Shown here piece by piece: positions 52,027 through 64,000 of a stretch of 64,000 nt of DNA. Source of the stretch: Octopus sinensis (taxonomy: Eukaryota); the NCBI RefSeq assembly GCF_006345805.1, contig NC_043000.1:35650001-35714000 (forward strand). Reading direction: 5' to 3'. The notes beneath the pieces were generated by a model, which saw nothing but the letters and a program-made list of their open reading frames with translations, was not told the origin of the DNA and did no database searches. The position numbers were made by a program, and so were the translations under genes. Position 1 is the first letter of the stretch. Each line of letters starts with the position of its first letter.

Positions 52027-52325
52027 TACATATCTGTAAATGTAATATGTGACAATTATTCTGTAGCCATGATAAAACTCTGGGTTTTGGATGCTGAGGT
52101 GGAAATCCATGCCACCATCTCTTCAGTTATCTGGCCATCGGATTTTTTCCGATGGCTGGATAACTAAAGAGATGGTGGCGTGGATTTCCACCTCAGCATC
52201 CGAAACCCGGAGTTTTATCATGGCTACAGAATAATTGTCACATATTACATTTACAGATAAATTCCTCTATTTACATAATATCGAGGTTGCTTTCATTCTT
52301 TTGTTGTCTTGCCATTTCTATCAAT
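51700..52325. mobile_element. Penelope-like remnant with 229-bp fold-back (52031-52259) carrying two opposed hammerhead-like motifs
   Basis: 112-bp arms around a T5 loop, with about 6 transitions. The right arm reads GATAA-CTAAAGA-[helix II]-CGAAAC-CCGGA-GTT-TTATC. The element is flanked by (TA)n. Confidence 0.65.
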
Positions 52326-52574
52326 ATATATATATATATATATAAAACACCCAGTGTACCCATGTGCTTTTTACATATAGAGAGTTACAGAGTTTTGATT
52401 CCATAACATTACACTTCATTGCATGTTGCTGTTGTCCACTCAGCTGAAAAAGTGGCAGATGAGGATCAACCCCGTGGTCGACTTACCTCCTGTTCAGTTG
52501 CTTAAACAATTTAGAAAGCTGGACAAGCTTCAGCCCCATGGGTCTGCAAGCTCCAAGCAGACATTTTTCTTTTC

Positions 52575-52875
52575 TGATGCTAAATGTCAATGTCAGATAT
52601 ATGTGACATGACTAAGTTTGAATGTCAAATACCTCTGACATAAGCTAAATCCAAATGTCAAATGGCTTGTGGCATGTCAAACTTTTAATGTGAAGCATCT
52701 CTGACATGCTAAATTCCAATTTTAAATACCTTAATGTGTTGAATTTTTATTTCAAATACCTGTGACATGGTTAAAGTTGATTCTCAAATACCTGTAATGT
52801 ACTGGACACAAATGTCAAAATACTTGTGACATAGCTGGACTTAAATGTCAAAATATCTGTGATGTGTCAAACTTT
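52575..52875. repeat. Degenerate ~33-bp minisatellite (AATGTCAAATACCTGTGACATG..), about 9 units
   Basis: Periodic AAATGTCAAA / CTGTGACAT motifs are visible by eye. Confidence 0.65.
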
Positions 52876-53994
52876 TTTGTATCATATTCATGACCTGTTT
52901 AATCCCATTGTTAGAAACTGCTCCAGTTGTATTTCCTTTGTTGGTTTGTTCAGGTTGAGTGGGTGGCTGGAACTGGTACAGACTCTTCTTGTATAGCCAC
53001 AATTAGTCTAGCTGCTTTACTCAGTGGCTCTGTGTGTGTGTGAACAAATAGATGTGTAACGTTCTGTTGCTCTAATAACGACAGTTTTTGTCTTATTTTT
53101 GTTATTGTTGAGGTTTAAACCCAGGTCTGCCGAAACTGAGCAGATAGAGCTATGTACAATGGCATTCCAGCTATGACTTTGCCATCTGTTTCTGTGACTA
53201 ACATAGTCTATCTCTGTCGTTTCGTTTTTTAAGCCTATATTTTGAGGATGATTTCACTGCTGTTTCTTGTATAGAGGCTCTCTCTCAGCTCACTAACTTG
53301 TGTGTGTGGTGTGTGTGTGTGTGTGCATATAATGATTGACTATTTGGCTGTAAATATATTATTTGTGTATTTACTTGTTTATATAATGTATGTGTGAGTG
53401 TTTATCTGTATATCATGTATCTCTTACTTGTTTCAGTCATTAGACTGCGGCCATGCTGGGGCATTACCTTGAAGAATTTTAGTTTAATGAATCGACCACA
53501 ATACTTATTTTTTTTTAAAGCCTGGTACTTATTCTGTCAGTCTCTTTTTGTTGCACTGCTAAGTTACAGGGATGTAAACACATTGACACTCATCAAGTGG
53601 TCGGTGGGTATAAATGCAGATGTAAAGACACAAACACATAGATATATATCATCATCATTTAACATCTGCTTTCCATGCTGGCATGGGTTGGATGGTTTGA
53701 CTGAGGACTGGCGAGCCAGGAGGCTGTTCCAGGCTCCAATCTGATCTGGCAATGTTTCTACAGCTGGATGCCCTTCCTAACGTCAACCCTTTTGAGAGTG
53801 TAGTGGGTGATTTTTATGTACCACTGGCACAGGAGCCAGTCAGGCAGCCCTGGCATTGATTCCATTTGGAAAGTGCTTTTTATGTGCCACTGGCACGGGA
53901 GCCAGTCAAGGGACACTGGCATCGACCTTATTTAGATGATGCATTTTACATGCCACTGGAATGGGAGCCAGTCAGGGGGCACTGGCCACATCTG

Positions 53995-54045
<51 letters not shown>

Positions 54046-56596
54046 GTATACACGATGGGGTTCTTTCAGTTTCCCTCTACCAAATCCACTCACCAGGCTT
54101 TGGTCAACAGAAGGCTATAGTAGGAGATACTTACCCAAGGTGTCACAAAGTAGGACTGAACCCGAGACCATGTGGGTTGGGAAGCAAACTTCTTGCCACA
54201 CAGCCATGCCCGATCTTGTGTATATGTAGTGTTTAAGTGTTTACCTGTCCTGTAGGTAAGTGCTGGTGTAATTGAACATAAAAGTCTTGGAGTGTTTATG
54301 AGTATTCCTGAGTATTTGTTATATTTTGTTTGTACAAACCTGCTGTGAGTAGTTGTGTCCTTATGTATAAAGAAGAGACATCAAGTGTATATGTAGTTGT
54401 ATGTATGTGTGCATGTACATGTGTGTGTCTGTACACATCTGTGTGTGCGTGTGCGCACATACCTGCTATCAGTAGTTTCTAATTATACGTTAAGGAGTGG
54501 TGTCAAGTGTCTGTGTGTGCATGTGTGTATACATGCATGTGTGCTTGTGTACCTGTATGTATGTGGATGTATGTGTTTGTGCATAAGAATGTGTGTGGGT
54601 GTGTGTCTGCACATACCTGCTATCAGCTGTTTGTGTGTGCTCACATAGCTGTTATCACTTGTTTGTAATTATACATTAAGGAGTGGTGTGTGTGTGTGTG
54701 TGTGCATATATATCTGTATGTTTGTATGTAAACACCCATGATATCCGTTTGATAATTGTATGTTTATTTATTGAAGATTAGAGTATATTTAGAATTTTTT
54801 TCTGTAGGTGTTTACCAGATCATAGTGGGCAGCAGATGTAGAGTATTGTGGGGTGTATATTTTAGGGTCATTGACAATGTATTTAGGGGTTCATAGGTGG
54901 TGGATTTTGGGGTTATTGCCAATGAATTTAGTGGTTTTTGGGCAGCAAATTTTGTGGGTTGTAGTGAGTTTAACCCTTTTAATATTCAGGTTATTCTGTC
55001 AGATGTGATGTTTATGTATCCAGATTATTTTGAATTATTCCTGCATTATCTCATGGCTTCGAGATTTTGATGATGTGATTGTATAATTTTAGAATGACAT
55101 CATAGGTTAAATGGGAGAGGCTGGATCTGGCTAGTTTGAACATAAAAACTGGTTGAATATTTGGGGCAGATTTGGGCCATTTTAAATGCAAAAGGAATAA
55201 GGATTCACAGAGGGTGAAATTTGCAGACTTATTGGAGTGCTTTGAAGTACATGCTATGATTTTTTTTTTGCAAAGTGAGTTCAAATCCCAGCTAGGATTT
55301 GGAGCAAATAAATAAAATATCAGTTGAAGGATTGATGGAATTGTTTGAATGTCCAGTTCTTTGTATTCTGGGTTCAAATTCCATTGAGGAATTGAGGTTC
55401 TGTTGAACTGTTAATGACCTGACTATGGGATAAGAACTGGTTAGGAAAGCTGCAGTGGGTGCAGATGGGGGTGAAGGTTCTGGTTGTCAAATGATGATGA
55501 TGATGATGATGTAATTTTTTACTGAATGAGTGGCAGGTAATATGAGGTGGCAGGTATTATATAAGATTGAAACAAAAAATAATTACAAAAGCCATAAAAA
55601 CATAGATTTATGATGTTTTTATTTTTATTGCTTCTTCTGCTGACCTATTTTATTGTTGAGGAATTTAAGTTGTACTAAAAATGTTGAAGTGTGTTTGGTT
55701 GTGTTGTTGGTATAATGGTTAGTATCATCACTTTGGCCACAGGGTCTCCTATTCTCTTTTATTTTAGTTTAAAATGATCTGATTATGGTGCAGCCTCCTG
55801 GCTTCCCAGACCCCAGTCGAACCGTCCAACCCGTGCTACCACGGAAAACGGATGTTAAATGATGATGATGATGATATATATATATATATATCATCATCAT
55901 CATCATCATCGTTTAATATCTGCTTTCCATGCTAGCATGGGTTGACGGTTCAACCTGGGTCTGGGAAGCCAGGAGACTGCACCAGGCTCCAGTCTGATCT
56001 GGCAGTCTTTCTACAGCTGGATGCCCTTCCTAATGCCAACCACTCCATGAGTGTAGTGGGTCCTTTTTACGTGCCACTGGCATGGATGCCAGTCAGGGCG
56101 GTGCTGGCAACGGCCACATTCGGATGGTCCTTTTACGTGCCACTGGCACTGGTATCACAACTACAATTTCCATTGATTTTTGAGCGATTTCGATTTCACT
56201 TGCCTCAACTGGTCTTTGCAAGCAGAGTTTTGTGTCCCAAGAAGGAAAGGTATGCATAAGTGGGCTGGCTACATCCCAGGTAGAGACCACGGGTTATGGT
56301 CTCACTTGTCCTGCTGGATATATATATATATATCGTTGCATTTATGTTAAACTCTTGTATGTCCAAATTTGGCCAAATGCGTTTTATTCAATATTTATTT
56401 TTGCTTGCAATAGCCGGTTCTTTTGGTGAAACTATCGTATCTCCAGGTGCTTCAGATGCCAAAATATCAAAAATTGTCAAAGTGTGTAGTATAACGGTTT
56501 TGCTATGGAATGGTGAAACTATTTTTTCATTTTCTGAAAAAGCAACATTTTGGACTTATGACACATTTTCATAATAGCAATGATATATATATATCA

Positions 56597-56922
56597 CATG
56601 GCTCAGTGGTTAGAGCATTGAGCTTACGACCATGAGGTTATGAGTTTGAATCCCGGACCGGGCTGCGTGTTGTGTTCTTCAGCAAGACACTTTATTTCAC
56701 GTTACTCCAGTTCATTCAGGAGTAGAAATGAGTTGCAACGTCACTGGTGCCAAGCTGTATCGGCCTTTGCCTTTCCATTGGATAACATCGGTGGTGTGAG
56801 GAGGGGAGGCCGGTATGCATGGGTGACTGCTGGTCTTCCATAAACAACCTTGCCTGGACTTGTGCCTCAGAGGGGAACTTTCTAAGTGCAATCCCATGGT
56901 CATTCGTGACCAAAGGGGTCTC
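56597..56922 (+). mobile_element. tRNA-derived SINE family D (V/Deu-like central block), complete
   Basis: TGGCTCAGTGGTTAGAGCA (A box), GAGTTTGAATCCCGG (B box), then GTTGTGTTCTTCAGCAAGACACTTTATTTCAC; flanked by (TA)n. Confidence 0.7.
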
Positions 56923-56939
56923 TGATATATATATATAAT

Positions 56940-59900
56940 ATATGTGGTGGTTGTTTGACCACCTCCTGCACCATAGCACCATCATGGCATCTGATGTGGC
57001 TTCTTAAACCAGGCAATGTTCTGAAAAGACACCCACACAGATTTCACATCTGATTTAGACCACCAAGAGATAAGTTCTGCTCCTTGAGGATCTTAAAATG
57101 TCTTTTGAGGCCTCTGTTGGATTTGCAAACCTTCTGCATTCAAATATGTGCACAGACATGGAGGCAGAATAGTTGGTGGAGGTTCGTTTTCTATGGGTTC
57201 GCAGATGAGATTTGAGTCTAGCAAAAGTCAGGTATGGTCTGTCACAGACTGTCCACACAAAAAGGTCATTGTTGTTCACCTTCTCGATCGTAACATTCTT
57301 CCTTGAATCTCTCTTGAGTCTTGCATGCGTTATCCTGGCCTCTTCAAATGCTTTCACTCCACTCCGCACTTTTGTTCATCATCCACCTCAATCCAAAGTA
57401 AGGGTCTCTTATATCTTCTGGACCCATTCCAAGTGACTTCATAATAGTCATTATGCTGCCCTTAAACCTTTCCTCTAGGTTTACGCCAATAGTGTTTCCC
57501 TTCTGCAAGCTCACCATAAAACAGCTGTTTCGGTGTGCGTTCATCCGCCATTCGAATAATATGACCACACCATCTCATTTGGTTTTTCAAAATCATAGCT
57601 TTAATTGAGGTGATGCCTGCAGACGCAAGGACATTTGTATTTGGGCTAAAAGAACTCCATTTAATGTTTAAAATGTGATGAAGGCATTTTTGGTAGAATT
57701 GTTCTAACAATTTAAAATGCTTTTCATAACAAGTCCAAGTTTCACAGCAATACAACAGGGATGGTAAGACAAATGATTTGTAAAGAGCCAGCTTTGTATT
57801 CTTATTTATATGTCGCTGGCACCAAACATGTGACTCCAAGCCACCAAATGCTTTTTCTACCCTTTGAATTCGCAGCTGTATTTCTCTATCAAGATTCCCA
57901 TCATTTTGAACAGAGCTTCCAAGGTAGATGAATGAATTGACAACCTCAAGTAACTTACACTTAACAAAAATTTTAACGGGGTTACAAACAGCACCGCATG
58001 CTGGTTGATGCATTTCAACTGTTTTTTTCAAGTTGATGGTCAAGCCAAAATCATCACAAGATGAGTCAAATGCAGATACAAGAGATTGCAGACCTGTTTC
58101 AGAATGACAGACAAGATTGCAATCGTCAGCTTATAAGAGTTCCCTAACAGGTGAAGTAAAAACCTTCATTTTGAATTTCACTCTGGTCGGATTAAAAACA
58201 TACCCTCCTCAGATTTTGAAAAGCGTGTGACAGCACAACAACAAAGTATATTGCAAAGAGGGTGGGTGCATCAAGGTCTCCTTGCTTTACTCCATTTTCC
58301 ACAGCAAAAGATCCAGAGAGCCTCCAACCAAAATTAACTCTAGCTTTCATATCTTGATGCAAGCCCTGATCATGTTTACAAATTTTCCTGGGCAACCTGT
58401 TTTCCTTAGAATTAGCCACAGAGCATTTCGATTAACAGTATCGAATGCTTCGCTCAAATCAACAAAGCAATGGTATAGAGCAAGATTCTGTTCAATGCAC
58501 TTTTCCTGTAATTGTCTGACAGTAAAGATACAATCAGCTGTGCTCCTGGAGGAATGAAAATCACAGTGAGACTCAGACACTATATTTGGAACAATAAAGG
58601 TATTTAAATGTTCTAACAAAATGCGGGCAAGTACCTTTCCAACCACAGACAAAAGCGAAATCCCACGAAAATTGCCACACAGATCCTTTAGCCCCGATTT
58701 ATACAAGGAGACTGAAATGGCATCAATCCAGTCTTGAGGCACTTTCTCAATTCTCCAACAGTGACAAATTAATATATTTAAGAGTTCAAACATTTTGTCA
58801 CCCCAATATTTCAAGACTTCTGCACAGATTCCATCAGACCCTGAATACTTATTGTTATTCAGCTTATTCACAGCTAAATAAATGTCATTTAGAGTTTGTT
58901 CAAATACCATCTCTTCTATAACTGGAAGGTGTTCGATATTTTCTATCTTCCTCATGTCAGCGGATGATGGTCTATTCAAAAGTGCAGAAAAATGCTCTAC
59001 CCAGCACTTAGGAATAGAAGCAGTGTTAGTCAAGAGCAAACGACCATTTGCTGTTCTCACTGGAGCTAATGAAGAAGATTTTGGGTCATATACCCCCTTA
59101 ACATAAAGAGTACAAACCCTTGGCATCATTTCTATCAGCTGCTTCTTGTGCCCCTTTTGCTCCATCATTCCTCCATTCCTGTTTAATTTTCCTTAGAGCA
59201 AGTCTGCACTTTACTTTTCAGCTTTCTGTAAGCTTCGTTTGAGTTGGGGTTCAAAGACTGAGAAAGAAGTGTATGGCCTAATTTTGTTCTTCTAAAAGTA
59301 GATCATGAATTTCTACTGATTTGTCTGAGAACCAGTCACTGGACTTTGGTGATTTAAATCCCACTGACGAACTTTCAACCTGGAATACATTTGTTTTGAA
59401 ATCTTCTCATAGATTGTTTGGGTCAAGATTGATACTTTCTATAATATCAACCACTTGCAAGTTGCTTGATAATTTAAAGTTTCCAACATTTAACTCTTTG
59501 GGTACCTTAGCACCAGACTGTTGATTTGTAGGCATTATTGAAAAATCTATTTTTCCACACACTAGATGATGGTCAGTCCAGCTCTCTGCTCCTCTCATGG
59601 CCCAAACACTAGAAACTTCTTTCATATTACGTTTTCTGATCAGAATATAATCTATGAGATACCATTGCTTTGATCTTGGGTGAATCCAGGTGGTTTTATA
59701 TTTATTTTTCTGCTTAAATAGTGTTGGTGACAACTAGATTATTCTCAGTACAAAACGTCAAAGGAGTTCCTCCATTTTTATTACATTTTCCAATCCAGTG
59801 TCGACCAAAACAGGCCATGAAACATAGTCCTTTCCAACTCTTGCATTGAAAACTGCCAATATAACCGGCTTGTATTTTCCTCAATAATTGTGCTAGGTCA

Positions 59901-60420
59901 CCATAAAACTGTCCTACAGTTTCATCAGAATGGGACATTGTTGGTGCATAAATACTGACAACGATAAGAAACCTACTTTTGTCAGTTTAATACGACATGA
60001 CATGATCCGTTTAGATATACCACTTGGAAGCTCTGCAATGGAAGATACTAATGTATTCTTGAGAGCAAACCCAACACCGGATTCTCTATGCTGATATTTA
60101 GGTAGGCCTCTCCAGAAGATAGTATATCCATAAGTAGGTTCATTTACTTGACCCTCACCAGAGAGACAAATTTCAGAGAGCGCAACTATATCAAAGGAAT
60201 ATTTCTTAAGCTCACATGCAATAAGTGCAGTACGCCTTTCTGGCCTCTTGTTGAAATTATTATCAGGAAGTGTGCACACATTCCAACAGGCAAAATTCAA
60301 AGGATGCTTATCGGAGATTGTTTGACCACAGTGGCAGGATGGTGACTGGGTCCAGCCTGTGATACACTAGGACACCTGCCGAGCCAGACTTGTTCCCCTG
60401 AGGTTCCCAAGCCTATTTTG
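56940..60420 (-). mobile_element. Near full-length RTE/BovB-like LINE (APE endonuclease + RT + C-terminal C2H2-like motif), inactivated
   Basis: MNFACWNVCTL..RPERRTALIACELKKYSFDIVALSE (APE), HPRSKQWYLIDYILIR, NFRGISLLSVVGKVLARI, FVDLSEAFDTVNR, GVKQG, ELL*ADD, C.VCDRP.LT.ARLKSH. The frame is split into about 8 pieces. Confidence 0.93.
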
Positions 60421-60644
60421 CCATTTGCTGAATCTGTTTGAGACATTTTAGAGTAAGTTACAAGTGTATTTTTAGGTTTCTCTCAACCAACCAATTCAAT
60501 GATTTTACTAAGATTTGGTATACAGGAAGTACCTGTGCAGATGAATAATTTTCAGTGGGTGTAGCTTGCACTGCACTACCTCCACCTATTGGCCAAAGAA
60601 GACTTTCGCCGGTGTGACATGAAAATTAACAAAGCCAGGAACTT

Positions 60645-61092
60645 CCTTCCTTCCTTCCTTCCTTCCTTCCTTCCTTCCTTCCTCCCTCCCTTCCTCCCTC
60701 CCACCTGCCTTCTTTCCTCTCTCCCTCCTGCCTTCCTTCCTTCCTCCCCCTCCCCCCGTTCCTCCCTCCCTCCCGCCTTCCTTCCTTCCATCCAAGTTAC
60801 GGGGACGTAAACACACCAACATCGGTTGTCAAGCGATGGTGGAAGGACAAACACAGATACACAAACATATACACACATATATATATATATATATACATGA
60901 TGGGCTTCTTTCAGTTTCCATCTACCAAATCCACTCACAAGGCTTTGGTCGACCTGACGCTATAATAGAAGGTATTTTCCCAAGGTGCCATGTGCTGGGA
61001 CTGAACTCGGAACCATGTGGTTAGTAAGCAAGCTACTTACCTTCCTTCTTGCCTTCCCTTCTTTCCTCCCATCCATCCCTCCATCCATCCAT
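60645..61092. repeat. (CCTT)/(CCCT) microsatellite split by a SINE B insertion
   Basis: CCTT runs at 60645-60795 and 61040-61092 flank the SINE. Confidence 0.8.
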
Positions 61093-62365
61093 CCAGTGCA
61101 TGTATGTGTGTGAAAGAGAGAAACTGTATTTGATAAGCCTCTTCAGTAAAACTTTGAAGCCAGTCAATGTCTGCTTTCATATCTATATCTCTGTGTGTGT
61201 GTGTGTCTGTGTGTATGTATGTATGTACATATGTATGTATGCCTGTGTGTCTGTACACATACGTACACACATTCACATGTTTGTGTATATCAGTGTAGAT
61301 GATATTCTGATTTGGCACGATGCCAGTTTTAAAAAGATGGGAGCAGGGAGGGGAGGGGGAAGAGGACATGGTTATAGAATCAATATTGTTGTTGTATGTT
61401 AGTCGTACTTATATATTCATTGACCCGGAGTGGAGTGGAATGGAGGGTGGGGTGAAGTCAACTTTGAGCTGGATTTGAATTCAGGGCAAACAAAATGAAC
61501 ACTACGATTCATTTACACGGGATTTGCTTGTTTCCCTCTCTCCTTCTTTCTGTGTTTGGCTACATGTCTGTACATATTTATTGAAATATATATATATATA
61601 TCTCCTCTCATAGCTCATCCTCTTGGCCACTCATAGTAATTTTTCTATCGATTTGGCTCCCTCACGGTTTGTTTTTACTGTTTTGTTCTCACTGTCCTGT
61701 TCTTGTTACCACTTTCACCCTCGGCGAAAAATCCCAAATTTTATTCCATTTACTTTGCGAGAAGGACTGTTTCACCGAGGTCGCGTACTGTCCTTACCTT
61801 TGAAACATGGAGTAGATGAAACAGGGACAACTGATGAAGGGGAATATTCTTTATGTTGCATGTCTCATTTCTCTGTTTGTTTGTTTTTTGTTGTTTGAAA
61901 AAAGTTCGTTTTCTATGTTTTTGTTTCTCATTTTGTCTACGTTTTTTGATGTTCTGTACCCATATATGCATGTTTATATACATTTATATGTAGGTATGTA
62001 CATATATGTATGTATATCATCATCATCGTTTAGCGTCCGTTTTCCATGCTAGCATGGGTTGGACGGTTCAACTGGGATCTGTGAAGCCAGAAGGCTTCAT
62101 CAGGCCCAGTCAGATCTGGCAGTGTTTCTACGGCTGGATGCCCTTCCTAACGCCAACCACTCCGTGAGTGTAGTGGGTGCTTTTTACGTGCCACCCGCAC
62201 AGGTGCCAGACAGAGCTGGCAAACGGCCACGATGCATATATTTTTATATTATTTATATTATTATATATATATATATATATATCTTTATATATGTCTTGAT
62301 GCATTCATGAGGCAAGTGTTACCTATTCTAGCCTTCGATTGACAAGAACTGAGAGAAGGCCATCC

Positions 62366-62418
<53 letters not shown>

Positions 62419-62784
62419 TATATATATAGGCATGGCTGTGTGGTATGTAGCTTTCTTACCAACTACATGGATCTGGGTTCAGTCTCACTGCATGGCACCT
62501 TGGGCCGACCAAAGTCTTGTGAGTGGATTTGGTAGACAGAAACTGAAAAGAAGCCCGTTGGATATATATATATATATATATGTGTGTGTTTGTGTCTTCC
62601 CTCCCCCACCATTGCTTGACAACCGATTTTAGTGTGTTTATACCCTCATAACTTAGCGGTTCGGCAAAAGGGGCCGGTAGGGTAAGTACTAGGCTTACAA
62701 AGAATAAGTCCTGGGGGCGATTTGTTTGACTAAAGGTGGTGCTCTAGCATGGCCACTGTCAAATGACTGAAACAAATAAAAGCA

Positions 62785-62814
<30 letters not shown>

Positions 62815-62816
<2 letters not shown>

Positions 62817-62990
62817 ATAAATATTAGGGAATAAATCCAAATTTACAGGGAAAAAATCAGATTTAGGATTAAATCCAATTTTATAGTAAAATATTATAAA
62901 ATATTATTAGAGACAAAACCACTACTTTCCTTGTCTTTCTTTGTTTGTTTTGCAAAGTAGTGGTTTTGTCTCTAATAATATTTTATATAT
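62815..62990. mobile_element. (TA)n-embedded fragment with perfect 34-bp fold-back, probably a Penelope-like terminus
   Basis: 62895-62928 TATAAAATATTATTAGAGACAAAACCACTACTTT is the exact reverse complement of 62954-62987. Confidence 0.5.
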
Positions 62991-64000
62991 ATATATATAT
63001 ATATATTTATATCATCATCATTGTCGTTTTACATCCACTTTCCATTCTGACATGGGTCGGGTGGTTAGACTGAGGACTGGGAAGCCGGGAGGCTGCACCA
63101 AACTCCAATCTAATTTGGTAAGGTTTTTACGGCTGGATGTCCTTCCTAACACCAACCATTCCAAGAGTGTAGAGTCAGGTGGCACTGGCATCAGTCATGC
63201 TTGAATGGTGCCTTTTATGTGCCACAGCTATATATATATATATTCTTTTCTTTTATATTTTATTTGTTTCAGTCATTTGACTGCGGCCATGTGGGAGCAC
63301 CGCCTTTAGTCAAACAAATTGGCCTCAGGACTTATTCTCTGTAAGTCTAGTACTTATTCTATCGGTTTCTTTTGCCGAACCACTAAATTATGGGGATGTA
63401 AACACATCAATATCAGTTGTCAAGCAATTGTAGGAGGACAAACACAGACACACAAACATTTACACACACACACACACACACACACAGAGAAATATATGTA
63501 TGTATGTATTTATATATATATATATATATACATACATGTACGATGGGCTTCTTTTAGTTTCCGTCTACCAAATCCACTCACAAGGCTGCATTGAGTACAT
63601 TTATAATTTTATTAAACTTGACCAATATTTTTCAAGCAATGAACAATTTTCATCAAGACAATGATATAATATGTGGACTTGGAACTTATTGCAAAGCTGC
63701 ATGATAAACAACATTTTTTGGGCTTCCCATTCAGGGGTCAGTACAAAATTTTTTTCAGTCTGATCTCTTTCTTTCTCTCTCTCTCTCTCTTTCTGTTGAT
63801 TGTTTTCAACCATCACTGTCACCAGTACTACCACTATCACCACAACTGCCATACACACATGCCATTCAGACTTCTGATGCCACCACCATCAATACCTTTG
63901 ACTTCACTGCCTTCCCCTCCACCACCATTACCAGTCTTTCACATCACTTACTATAAATGACATCCCTGACTGCCTCAGCTACCACCACTACCACCATCAC

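Noticed and set aside
52453-52515. Candidate GRIPAP1 exon 3 after CACTCAG
   Set aside because: The phase-1 frame hits TAA after 20 codons and shows no similarity to the expected coiled-coil continuation. No exon 3 was found in 47653-64000.
52575-52875. CRISPR-like array
   Set aside because: Eukaryotic context, degenerate units without unique spacers of constant length, and no cas genes.
61825-61900. CTGATGAAGGGGAATATTC as a hammerhead
   Set aside because: No helix II closure followed by GAAA and no helix I partner could be found.

Overview
Repeat-saturated eukaryotic genomic DNA, very likely from an octopus; this is inferred from recalled Octopus SINE/LINE families and no search was run. 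The only host gene recognised is GRIPAP1/GRASP-1 on the + strand. Coding exon 1 (3935-3976, MATALSEEEFHRMQ) and exon 2 (47586-47652, IQLLELRTSNYELDSQCKRQQR) are joined by a 43.6-kb phase-0 GT-AG intron, and no exon 3 was found in the remaining 16.3 kb. The CpG-rich leader carries a YY1-like motif and three possible uORFs. Everything else is repeat: decayed LINEs (R4/Dong, Tx1, two CR1-group copies, several RTE copies including one near full length), three tRNA-derived SINE families, many 5'-truncated RTE 3' tails, a mariner relic, two non-autonomous Helitrons, TTAA MITEs, Penelope-like fragments and a ~9-kb (TA/TATG) tract. The most notable observations are: (i) recurrent fold-back elements, mostly (TA)n-embedded, some with minimal hammerhead-ribozyme motifs, including a 112-bp-arm hairpin with two opposed hammerheads; (ii) SINE-LINE shared 3' tails, one with a compensatory base pair; (iii) inverted repeat-tail dimers in the GRIPAP1 pre-mRNA that could form ADAR substrates. 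The long ORFs in the ORF track are almost all microsatellite artefacts.
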